Assembly: GCA_003990765.1 (NCBI GenBank)
Contig: RBNJ01000018.1
Coordinates: 1 to 57,763, forward strand
Direction: 5' to 3'
Origin: Jimgerdemannia flammicorona
Lineage: Eukaryota
Length of the DNA: 57,763 nucleotides
Below the pieces are notes generated by a model, which saw only the letters and a list, made by a program, of their open reading frames with translations, was not told where the DNA came from and searched no databases. The translations under genes and the position numbers were made by a program. Below, piece after piece: positions 38,206-50,700 of the stretch (positions are counted from its first letter, which is position 1; each line of letters starts with the position of its first letter).

Positions 38206-39279
38206 ATGATGACATCAGCACAGGAGACAGCCTTTCCTTGCAAGCCACCAGATCGAAGCACAAAAAAGATCATATGGCATATGAGATGAGCAATGATGAC
38301 CAACTGTGAGTCATTGTGACCACAGCACAAGCATCCTGAAGAATATAAAAGAAGGATCAAGGAACCACAGTAGCAGCAACCAACAAGAACCACCAATCCC
38401 AAAATAGCTCAAAGACTTACCACAAACGAAATGCCTGCTGCCTGCCAAACCTCAAGGTCAAGGAACCACCAAGGTATCTCAGTCAAGGAAAGGATGTTCC
38501 AAGACATCAGAAGAGCCATGGGGACCCGCTCAAGAAGGACTCCTAGTGTCAACCTGGGAACTGCAGACCCCTATCACTTTATGCTCTACCACCGTGAAAT
38601 GGAAACAAGGATCACCATTGCCACCGAATGCCTCCAAATGTGGCAGGAGTACAAAATAGGAAACCTCCTCTGCCGGGAGTTCCCAGAAGCCAGCACCCAA
38701 GAGCTACAAGATGCCACCCCCATGGACCTACGTGAAATAAGGACAGCTAAGAAGATCCATCAGATCTTCAGGCATGCACCATGGTCGATCCCCAACTTGG
38801 AGTATGTTAGAGTCTCAGACTTCAGAGACCTGTCATCCTGCCGTATCAATGCACTAGAAGCCAGGGTAGCTACAGAAGCCTAGTCCACCATCACCCTCAA
38901 TAGCGAAGAAGTAGAAGACTTCTGGCACCCCATCCTTCAGGACAACCCAGACCAATTCCTGCAAGGATTGATCTCAGTATTCCAAGGCCCAAGCATCTGG
39001 GTTAGATCTCCCCAAGACCCCACATTTGTTCCCTATTTTGTGGAAGAGAACCTCATAGACTGGAGAGCTCCAGATCTCCTTGTTCCCGATTTTCCCGCCA
39101 CTGCCAAACGTGATGACGTCATCGGCGATGACATCATCCCGCGCGACATCAAAGCACGCGAAAATGACGAAGTATGCAAGACGCGCGGCCTGCATGATGA
39201 ATTCACGGATCTCATCTCCTTCAGTGATGATGATGATGATGAGGATGAAGCCCCCATGATCCTGAACTTTTTGCTCTAA
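38206..39279 (+). pseudogene. LTR-A accessory ORF, 357 codons, acidic C-terminal tail, four in-frame stops
   Basis: ATG 38206 and ORF-track pieces 38431-38883 and 38968-39279 are all in one frame. Stops are TGA, TGA, TAG, TAG (from CGA/CAG); TAG 38881 is CAG/CAA in other copies. Confidence 0.85.
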
Positions 39280-39286
39280 GTTCTTT

Positions 39287-39388
39287 GTTACACTGGATAA
39301 TGCCAGCACCGGTATTCTCATGTAACACTGGATAATGCCAGCACCAGTATTCTCATGTAACACTGGATAATGCCAGCACCGGTATTCT
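39287..39388 (+). repeat. Three tandem 35-bp repeats in U3 of LTR-A5
   Basis: GTAACACTGGATAATGCCAGCACCGGTATTCTCAT units at 39287, 39322, 39357. Confidence 0.9.
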
Positions 39389-39522
39389 GAGGTGATGCGA
39401 AATTGTTCCAGTACTGGTATTTTGATATGACACTAAATAATACCAGCCTTGGAACTTAGTAGTTTTAGTTATTGGAGTTTATATTTAGCTTTATATCTTA
39501 GCAACCATTGAATTATATTTTG

Positions 39523-39554
39523 TATAAATACCCCTCTTATTTCCTCGAAATAAA
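39523..39554 (+). promoter_or_regulatory. Putative TATA box and AATAAA signal of LTR-A
   Basis: TATAAATA ~39523 and AATAAA ~39549, conserved at the same place in all five LTR-A copies. Confidence 0.6.
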
Positions 39555-39905
39555 GTCAGTTCCTCTCAGTGCAATATACACAATTCCTTGCAAGCAATCT
39601 AAGAGATAACAAGACAGTTTAAAGATAAGAAGTTTGAGGACTATAAGACCTTGGGAAGGCACTCCAATAAGAACTTGCTTATAACAAACTTGTAGTTAGT
39701 CTAAGAGATATACCTTGAAGAGAATCTGGTGTATTTGAAGGACTCAGCGACCACTACATGACACTATCAAGCTCTTACTCCAGATCCACAACAGTTACTC
39801 CAGCAACTTACACAGACTCAAAGAACACCACCACACTCTGCACTAGTATCTCAAGTTGTATCAATAACTCTATTACTAGTAGTTCAACTGCCTCCAGTAA
39901 ACAAC

Positions 39906-42900
39906 ATGGCAAACCAATAGATTTTAGACCTTACAGCCCAGATAGCTATAATGGTAGCAACCATTACTGCCTTAGCTAAACAGACCTGACCAATAAAAAG
40001 TCTGAGCCTATCTACCTTCAATGGTACTGTACAAGAAATCCAAAGCTTCATTAATATAGTTGATACTAATTTTGAAGCCAACCAATGGACCAATGAGTAA
40101 GTTGCTAACTGCCTTCTGACAAACAATCAAGACCACACTCTGGAACAATGTTTTGCTATCACTACAACTTATATCCATTGAGTTGTTACATTCTTCCAAG
40201 GCCCTACTGAAGAATAGTGACAAACTCTTCCTGAAAAACCCCTCACATGGGATATCTGGTCTGTAGTAATTGTCCAGAATACAACAAATAATACCCCTAG
40301 ATATAGAGACCATCCTATAACATCTGGACTCAAACAACTCATAATTGCTCAATACTATAGTAAAACTCTGATTGCCAAATCTTAAGCTAAATTCCACAAT
40401 CTCAAATTTGATATATATGGTAAAGAGGAATTTGAAACCTTCTGTACAAAACTCAAGTTACTTCTGAATACTGTTAGTCTAGGATATATTGCCAATAATG
40501 AAGCATAAAATGGTATAAGAGCAGACCATTTATTCAATGTACTATCTGAATAGCTTATATGAAAGATTCAAGAACAAGGATCCCAGTTGGTTGTAATTAC
40601 CAATAATAGTACCTGGCAAGAATCAAGACTATAGTCAAATGAATCCTACTGGTTAGACCAATTCTGCCTCAAAGATAGTTTAACAACAAGAAAAAAAACT
40701 TGAACTAAGAAAAAAGAACTCAAGCATAAAGCATCCTGAGTTCTCTCTATATCTACCTCTTGGACACTCTGAAATCCTGAACTCACCTGGCTAAGTATCT
40801 TCAAGAAACTCACTGAAGGAGAAAGAAATAAACTTTGAAGAAGTGGAGCATACTTCTATTGCCAAAAGACAGAACATATGGCCAGTGTCTGTCCCAACTA
40901 AAAACTCTGAACAGAAATATGAGCAACTGTTATCACTCTGCATCATCTCAACAATCTGACTACCAAGATACTAGACTTTGTCAAGTTAAGGCCAACTACT
41001 AAGGCCCCAACCAAAGAAAGTCAAAAAAGCAGCTAGATATGACCTATACATAGCTGAAGAAGCTATAGTTTTCAATTGAGAAGTCAAACAAGTCTATATA
41101 GAAATAAGCATTCAAATCTCTAAAGAATATATTGAAAGGATATACTGTTGTAGCAGCCTAGCATTAGAAGAACTCTCAGTAGAAGGAGGAGTCATTAATG
41201 AAGATTATACAGGTAAAATCATTGTTCTCATCCAAAACCATAGTTGGACACCATTCAAGATCCCTATTGGTTTTTGCATTACTCAAATTCTATTCAGAAA
41301 AATTGAGTCAATTCTGACAGTCAAAGAAGTCTCTGAACTACTGCCTACTATTCAAGGATCCAGAGGATTTGGGTCATCAAATAAGACTTCAGCCCAACTC
41401 ATGATAAATAAGGAAGAACAATTCTATAAGAAAATTGAAGATGTATTTGTACCAAGTGGTTGATGCTCCCTTAGTATTGGAATATACTCTTTCTAAATGA
41501 TCAACAATTGCTTCTCTTGTATCAATGAACTGGCCCAAAGAAGAACCAACAAAAGGAAAGCTCCTATAACCAAAATCAGTACTATTGGATCAGACAAACT
41601 GCTTACACTTTAAGCTTTTGTCAATCAAGCACCTGTTAAGATTATGATAGACAGCAGTGCCTCAGACAACTTCATTAATGAAAAAACAGCCAACAGACTC
41701 AAGGTCCTGATCTCTCTGATATGTACAACAGACTCAAGCAGTTATTACAGCTGATGGAACCTCCCATGTTATTAGCAAGAAAGTCCATAATCTACCCTTC
41801 CAAATTAGTGACTACCAAGTATATGTTATACTTCAAATTATACCATTTCCTGATAATGAAATCATCCTTGGAACTATATGGTTAAAACAAGAGAACCTTA
41901 TGATCAATTGGATAAACTACTCTCTGACCATTAAGAAGAGATACTATAACTTCAAACTGTAAGTTGAAAAAGACCCACTCAGTTCTAGTGACCCTGGTAC
42001 AAAGATCACCTATATCAACAAGCTACAACTCAAGAAACTAGCCAAGAAATGCCCTCTCTTTGCTATCTGCATCCAACCATCTATAGAAGAATCTGAGAAC
42101 CTTGAAGAAGACTTTTCCAAAGTTAATAGCTATGTTAGACCATTATTCTAGAAATTCCAAAACATATTCCCAAAGAAGCTTTCAAAAGACCTATCACCTA
42201 AATGAGTAGTAGACTATACCATCAAGACTATCTCAGATACCAAGCCCACTTTCAAGTCAATCTACCACATGTCTCTAAGAGAAATTGATATACTTAAGAA
42301 AGAGATTGATGAACTCCTAGAACAAGAATTCATTAGATCCAGTATATCACTCTATAGTGCATCAGTCCTCTTTGTTATCAAGAAAAAAGGAGACCTATGA
42401 ATATGTATAGACTACTATGATCTCAATGAATAGATCATCAAGAACTATTGCCCACTATCCAGAATTGATGAAATATTTGATAGACTTACCAACTTCTAAT
42501 TTATGAGCTCTTTTGACCTATGAAATAGTTACTGGCAAATTGCTATGAAAGAAGAAAACATCTATAAGACAGCCTTCTGAACTCAATATAGACATTTTGA
42601 GTTCCTGGTTATATCTTTTGGCTTAACTAATACTCCTGCAATCTTCCAGATACTGATGAATACTATTCTATACTCATACTTAGATAAATTTGTTATTATC
42701 TATATTGATGACATTCTAGTCTTCAGCAAAACTCTAGAGAAATATCTTAAACATCTTAAACTAATACTACTGAAACTTTAAGAAAACTGACTCTTTGTGA
42801 AACTCAGCAAATGTGAATTCCTCCTGAAGGAGATTTAATTTCTTAGATACATTATCACTCTCAATAAAATCAAAGTGGACCCCAGCAAAATCTCCACAAT

Positions 42901-45040
42901 TAAGGAATGGCCCAGACTCAAGAAGCTGAAAGACCTCTAGTCATTCCTAGGACTAGCAAACTATTACCAGTGATTTGTTACAAACTTTGCCAAGACCACT
43001 ACTGCCCTTACTTAAATGACCAAGCATAGTAAGAAAGAAGAACAGCCCTGGACTACAAAACAAGAAAAAGACTTCAACAATCTTATAAATTAGAGACCTA
43101 AACAAGATATAGCCTTTCAAGTACTGAAAGATACCTTGATAACTACTCCAATACTTTAAGCAGCAAATCCTGCCCTACTATATGAAGTTATTACTAATGT
43201 CTCTTACCTAGCTCTTAGAGTAGTACTTATACAAGAAGGACACCCTGTGGCCTACCACTCTCAAATATTCAATGATACCAAAATCAACTATACAACTCAT
43301 GAGAAGGAAATGTTAGTCATCATAGATACCCTGATCAAATAGTGACCATATCTAGAAGGAGCATACTTTACTGTATTGATAGACTACAAATTATTAGTCA
43401 ACATCAAGACTCAGGCTACTCTTTCTCAAAAGCAAGCCTGATAGATGAAAGTTCTCACCAACTTTAACTATAAAATCCAGTATTGCTCTGATAAGAAGAA
43501 TATTATTGCTGATGCAATCTCCAGACCACCAATTGAAGAGATTATCCAAACTCTTATCTTGGTTATCAAATCTATTATAGAATAAATTATTGCAGCATAT
43601 GCTGATAATAAAGAAGCTCAAGCACTCTGCAAAATCCTAAACAGTAATAGTATTGATAAGTATACTTGATATCACTAATATCAACTAAAGAACAATGCTA
43701 TCTACTATAAGAACAGATTATATATTCCTAACAATCAAGATCTCTGAAGGACTATTCTATTTAAATGTTATAATGTACCTACAGCCAGATATTTAGGATT
43801 CAATAAATGCTATGAAGTTATTTCCTAAAACTTCTATTAGCTCTATATGGCAGATTAGTTAAAGACCTATATTACTTCCTATGATACCTACCAATGCAAC
43901 AAGTTCTCAATTAGCAAAAACTGGCCTACTCCACTCTATTCCAGTACTATCCACTAATTGGAAACAAATCTCTATAGACTTTATTATACAACTACCCCAA
44001 ACCAAGAATGAGAAAGATGTAATTGTTATATTTGCGGACTATCTCAGAAAACAAGCCCACTTTGTGTCAACTACTACTACTGCAACAGCACCAGATATAG
44101 CCACACTCTTGTTTGACAATATCTTTCACTATCATGGTCTTTCCAAGATCATTATTAGTGACTGAGATCTGAAATTCACCAGCAATTTTTGGAAAGCCCT
44201 CTATGCATACCTTGGAATGAAACTGGCACTATCTATAGCCTTCTATCCTGAAACTGATAGTCAAATAGAAAGAATGAACTGAAATATGAAGCAAATGCTA
44301 AGGAACTATATTTCCTATAGATAAGATGATTGATATGAACACCTTACTGCAGTTGAGTTTGTCTACAACAACAGTAAGCAAGTCTCTCTTAGAATGACTC
44401 TATTCTTTATCAATATAAGACAAAATCTGAACACCTATCTGACACTTATCAGAACTACCAATAAACTCTCTATCATAGAAGCCATTGAAGAATTTCTACT
44501 CTGAATGCACAACTTAAGCCAGATTGCAATCAAGAATTTATTCCAAGCTCAAGAACAATAGTTATAATATATCAACCAGTACTGCCAAGAAGAAGCTTTT
44601 GACCTTGGAGAAAAAGTTCTACTAGATATCCAAGGATACTGAGTTGATAACCTCAAGTATAGACCATTGATGAAGCTGAACAGTAAATTTATTGGACCAT
44701 TCAAAGTCATTGTATAAGTCTCTCCAACTTTCTACAAATTGGCACTATCAGATACCATTAAGATTCATCCAATCTTTAATGTCTAATATTTCAAGCAATA
44801 CAATGAAAACAATGACAAGCTATTTCTGAACTAAACTACAAAACCACCTGCATCTGTCATTATTAATGACTAAGAAGAATATAAAGTTAAACAAATCCTC
44901 AACAAATGTGGTCACAAGAACTATCCCAAATATCTTATCAAATGGAAAGGTTATCCAATCCATGATATAATATGGGAACTCAAGACCAATCTTCAGAATG
45001 CTACTGACTTAGTTCAAGAATATGATTCTTTGAACAACTA
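39906..45040 (+). pseudogene. pol: Family B gag-dUTPase-PR-RT-RH-IN-chromodomain
   Basis: YFYCQKTEHMASVCP knuckle ~40850; dUTPase ~40970-41380 (EGGVINEDYTG, GSRGFGSS); IDSSASDNF protease ~41650; YIDDILVF ~42700; ISIDFIIQLP, IGPFKV; YLIKWKGYP chromodomain ~44930. Confidence 0.9.
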
Positions 45041-45482
45041 AAACCAGAACACTCCAGTGCCTACCAGTCTATACTATATAATATCTCTTCTGAATATCAA
45101 GTACCCTTATAATTATCATAAATAAAATTAAGAATTTAGCAAGTTAAGATAAAAGAATACTGACTCTTTAGAAAAATAGCAAAACTAAAAGCCAAGCTAT
45201 TCTCCCCATACCACTGGTGAGAAACAAGACATAGATATTTAAGAAGATTCCTTAGAGAAAATTCTCCAGCAATGAATAATGTCTGAATTACTTCCAGCAC
45301 ACAGTATTAAATACATGACCCTTTAATATATAAATTCAATATATTAGACAACTGAACTATGAGCATGCCACTTCTGAGAAAAATAGATACTACTGGACTT
45401 TTGACAATCTAAATAGTGTAATAATACTAGAACAAAATTAGAAAATCTTGATGAGGACATCAAAAGCTAAGAAGGAGAGAGT

Positions 45483-47533
45483 TGTAAGTATACAATCTCT
45501 AAGCTACTAAAATCACACATCACCCTCAGAACAAATCTGAAAATCATATGCAAGATTATAAAACTGAGTTAAACTGAAGTTACAAAATACAAAGCTGAGT
45601 CAACTCAAAGTCACAGAATACAAGATTTACACAAATGGAACCTTATCAATCAGGACCAAATATATATATACTGAGTACTCAGATATGTCAAAATAGAGAA
45701 TTACAACAAATCAAACAAATAACCATAACTCTCAAATATATACACAACCATGACCACTGAGATCTACAACTACATCTATACTGACATTTGGAATGCTATT
45801 GTCAACCAAGCCACACCTTCTCTATCTCTCATGAACATCCATAGCCTAGCACCCCTCTACTTCATGGAAGTCTGATAGAATGCTCTGAACATACTCAGTG
45901 AAGTCTATCAAATTAAACAAATCTCAAGCTACTACCAGATCAGCTGCCTTCTAGAAGATATGGTTGAACATTACCATGACACAGATATTACTCAGATGTC
46001 TCAACACTAGAAACTCATTGCCTGCAAACACTGGGAACTCTTTTACCTTTATTCCCCACCTCCAAGTTACTATTGCTGAAATGGTTACCACTCTGTCCTA
46101 TGGCCAAAATTGATGATATATTACAAGAACTCAATCATAAGTATATTGAGTATATTTAAACTACCAACAGAACCTTCCCATACCCTAATGACCATATCCT
46201 ACAAATGCCTCAAGTTGGATATATAATGAAGGACATCTATAATATAATTCAGTTCAATAATGATGAAGCAGAAGATAGTGATCCCTCTGATGCCAATATG
46301 ACCTCTAGCTAAGGATCACTACCAGCTCTGATCACCCTACCAACCTTGTCAATAAACTATAATAGTTCATAACTATCTATGAGACCTATTGGGATAATGA
46401 CCACTGGCATGAATACTAACCTACATTTATGCCTAACTACTTCAACTACAATGAAGAGACTGGAGAATATAACCTATATCTCCAGACAACTCTCAAGACC
46501 AAACCAATAACTTTACCTCCTAAGTATATACAAAATGAGATATAACCACCAGTATACTATAATCTCCCAACTCATAGTACCATAACTTATAGAAGATATA
46601 TAGACAGTAAATCTGATAAAAGTGAAAATGATGCACCCTTCCTTCCCACCAACTTCATACTCAGTATATGAGACAGATGATGCTATCCTATAGAATGGTA
46701 ATATGATCTCAATGTATTATTATCTGAGCAAACAGAGAGAAGTAATTCAAGAACTACTCTTCCTAGATGACTACTTTATCAGAGATAATGTCATCAATGG
46801 TGATATCATTGAAGACTACCCAGACAGCATCTAAATCTATAGATAGCTTAGCAGTCATTAGTATAGTTAGATTAGTCTCATATAATATAACTATATACTA
46901 ACTCAGCAATCAGACAATCTCTTAATATATCAGTTCACACTTATACTATATGACTGTATTCTGACTCAGTGAGGTGCTAAGTGCTACATCTATATTTAGT
47001 ATAGTTCAGATAGCCTCCCATTAGTATAAATATTCCTTCTTCCAGACCTCAGAATCTCAGATTAAAACAGACTTGAACAGATAAGAATAATCTGAACACA
47101 ACTTCTGAATACTTCTCTATAATATCTCTTCATACAACTACTCCTAGTATAGCAATATCATGAATAATGAATAAACTCATTTAATAATCCACAAACTACT
47201 CTTAAGTAAACCTATACTCTATTAGGTCTCACTCCTAACCATATTATGAAATTTTCTAATTGAATATTATCTGCAGCAATATACTAATTCAACTAAGCTG
47301 ATCTTAGTTTCTTGAACTTTCTAAAATATAGAAAATCCTAAACATTCAGAACAAGTCCAAAAAAGGACTTTGGTTGAGATATCAATCTGATCTTAAAATC
47401 AATAAGTATAGAGAATATACTATATATGAATTTGATCTTGGCCTAAAGAAAATAATCTTTCAGAATATCCAGAAACTTCCAGAAAACTCTTCCAGAACTA
47501 CATAACAGTACTTTTATAAGTAACTCTCTTACA
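45483..47533 (+). repeat. 3' LTR of element B
   Basis: TGTAAG...CTTACA directly after the PPT. Confidence 0.9.
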
Positions 47534-47789
47534 TCAGTCCTCTACTCAATTCTATGTAAGTAAATCCAAGAGACAACAGAACAGTTTAAAGATAAGAAGT
47601 TTAAGGACTATAAGATCTTGAGAAGGCACTCTAATAGAACTTGCTTATAAGAAACTTGTAGTTAGTCTAAGGGATATGTACACCTTAAAGAGAATCTGAT
47701 ATACTTAGAGAACTTAGTGCTCACTATGTAACAACTTAGTATCTATTAGCTGGTAATACTATTAGAATCTCTCACTTCCAAGCTAAATA

Positions 47790-50700
47790 ATGAACAACTA
47801 CTATAACAACTACCCTGACTACAAGAGTCACCCTCTGCAAGAATTCAAAACAAGATAGAAATGCATCTTATCACATTTTATAGATTTATTACTAAAGAGT
47901 CAATCTTGACCTTTATTGAAGACTTTAAACAATTTGCCACTATATGAGCTCTCAACATTGAAGCACAATTGGCCCTCCTACCTATCAGCCTCAGAGGATC
48001 TGCCAGAGACAAGTTCAATGCAGCCACCATTTCTGACACTGGTGTAGTCAAACTTACCAATATGAAGAACTTCCTCAGAACTATGTATATATTATACTGA
48101 AGAGATTAAGCAAGCTTTCAAAGATCAACTCAACACTATCTGCCAAGGACTCAATAAAGACTCCAACTTATTCTATACTTAAATCTATCATCAGATTGTC
48201 TTGGCTGGCAATGATAATATTCTCAAGGAATAGATAGCTGATTCAATCTTTTTAAAAGGAGTCTGCATTGAAATTACCCTAGTAATCTGATCTACTCTAG
48301 CTACTCTGATCCTTGATCAGAAAGTGGTCTTTGCTCAGAGATATTGGACTGCTAGACATCCTGCTGAATACTCAATAAAAAGGATAACTGTTATCAAAAT
48401 AGAGCCACTAAAGCTAACTGGTATCATATCTACTATAGCCCTCAATAGACAACTATCCCCACCTACCCCCAAGATGGCCAAAGACAACCTAGTAGAGAAA
48501 CTCACCCAGCAGTTTGCCAAGATGACTGCACACCTTGGTAATATTGTTAGAGAAGTACAAAGTGCCAACAAGAGACCAGTACAGAGGTTTGCAGCTACTA
48601 TAGAGGAATGTACCATCACATACTTCAAATATGGAGAAGAAGACCACTATGTAAAGAATTGCATAACTGAAACAAGGCACAAAGCTCAATCAAGTAATAT
48701 ACCAGAACCAGAGAATAAACCAATGTAGTAATCATTGAGGAGATTGGTGACACTGATGATGAAGAATACTATAAAGAGTCTGAATTCTACTCTGTTACTG
48801 AAGGTACCAGAATCCAGTCCAAGCCCTATAATAAGAAGGGCAACAGCAAGCCAGTTAGAAGATCAAAAAAGATCCCAACCATTATTATTCAAAGTAAGAC
48901 CCAACCTGAGGAGATTGATCAAGATATGGAGATAGATAAAGCTGTCTGCTAAATTATTAAAGACACTACTCCAGTCTCAGGAGAAAGTGAAAGCAAGAAA
49001 GAACAGAAGCTGTACAAGACCAAGATCTACCAGTATGATATCTATAAGGATCTCAAGGAACAGAAGGTCAATGCTACTTTTGGACAACTAATAGAAGTCC
49101 CCACCTTTAGACAACAGTTGAGAGCAGAACTTACAACTACTGTTAAGAACCAAGAGTACAAGATCATAGAAGCTCACAATGTACAAGAAGATGAACAAGA
49201 AGACATAGGTAAAGAATCTGAAGATTAGTCCAAGACCTCAGCCTATACTCATATCAGATTGAAGATTGTATTTTTGATGCTATCATTGATACTAGTGCTG
49301 AAGGATGTCTCATAAGTAAGAAGACAATTGACCACCTAGGCTGGGATATTGAAGAATCTACCAAAATAGTCTATATTATAGCAGATAGTAAATGAGCTAC
49401 CCCTCTAGACAAGATCCAAGAAGTTCTCATCAAGATCAGAGGAGCTACTATTTCAGTAGATATGATTGTTACAAGTACTACTAACTATAACATCCTTATT
49501 GGTAACTAATGGCTTCACAAAGCCAAGACCATCATTGATCTCAATGTCCAGAAGATGCAGATCAACTATAGAGAAAGAAAGGTATGAGTCTCTATCAATG
49601 TCCACAAAGGAATACTACCAGATATGGAGAAAGGAGATAAAGAGGATACAGAAGTCTTCATACACTCAGTATATAAGAATAAGAGCAAGAAAATCAATCT
49701 CACAGATGAGCAGTAGTACTATAAGATCATCAATGGCTATGCTCCTTAAGGAAGATGCCCCCACAGTACTAGGATATACTGCTCCAAACACCTAAATAAC
49801 TGCTGGTCCTATATCAGTGAAGTCAAAAAAATACATCAATAAAGATATGAGCAAGAAGCAACTGAAGCAAAAAAGGAAGCTAAAGAAGTTGACCAGCCCT
49901 CTGAGCTTCAAGCTGATGGTGATAATAAGGAGGAATAAGAACCAGACATCACTCTCAAGATTAAGAAGTTTTACCCTGAAGCCAAAATATCAGAATACAA
50001 GACTGAAGGAGCTGTAGGAATGGACCTTACTAGTATTCAAGATACTATCCTTGAACCACAGACCACTACTCTACTTGATACTGGAATTGAAGTCAAGTTA
50101 CCAGAGAACTATACCAGAATTATCAAGACTAGGAGCAGTCTGGCTAGGAGTAAAATCTCAGTTAAAGGAGGAGTTATTGACTCTAATTATACTGGTGAGA
50201 TCTTCTTTATGGTCAGAAATTACAACTCTACCACTCTATTCAAAGTCAAGAAGTATGACAGGATTGGCCAGATGCTGATCTATGAAGTTAAGAAGCCTAA
50301 GATCACTGAAGCCATTGAACTCATCAAGACTAAGAGAGGAAAACAAGGCTTTAGATCTACTGGAAGAGAAGCCTATGCTGCTATCAAGATTACCAAACTC
50401 AAGTACAAGAAAGTCAAGAACCAGAACAAGTACACATATACCATTGGAGAAAACTTTCCCCTAGAAGAACAACTTCTTAAGATTCTGCACCAAAATGAAG
50501 GAGTACTTACTACAGACTTTAGGGACATTCACAACTAAGAACCCAAATACTACTACAAAGTTGACACTGGTAATACTAAGCCCATCTACCAGAAAGCCAG
50601 ACCCATACCACCTGCCTATAGAGAATGGCTGTGAGCAGAACTCAAAGAAATGAAAGAAGTTGGTATTATTAAGCAAACTATTAATCTCTGGGCTTCACTC

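Larger units (their letters stand above)
38188..39763 (+). mobile_element. Solo LTR of family A (copy A5), best preserved copy
   Basis: TATAACGGTG...CATGACA; 4-bp TSD CTAT (38184-38187, 39764-39767); many CpGs retained. Confidence 0.95.
35302..47533 (+). mobile_element. Full-length family B chromodomain-bearing Ty3/Gypsy element with 2.06-kb LTRs
   Basis: LTRs 35302-37363 and 45483-47533; PBS TGGTAGTAGTAG at 37367; PPT AAGAAGGAGAGAG ~45469-45481; 5-bp TSD CTAGT/TCAGT (both one transition from CCAGT). Confidence 0.9.

Noticed and set aside
38881-38883. Programmed stop read-through or alternative genetic code in the LTR ORF
   Set aside because: Other LTR-A copies have CAG/CAA here and stops differ between copies, consistent with C->T decay.
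38206-39279. Calling the accessory ORF env
   Set aside because: No signal peptide, transmembrane helix or fusion-protein features visible.
39287-39388. 35-bp repeats resembling a CRISPR array
   Set aside because: Head-to-tail tandem units with no spacers, inside a eukaryotic LTR, no cas genes.
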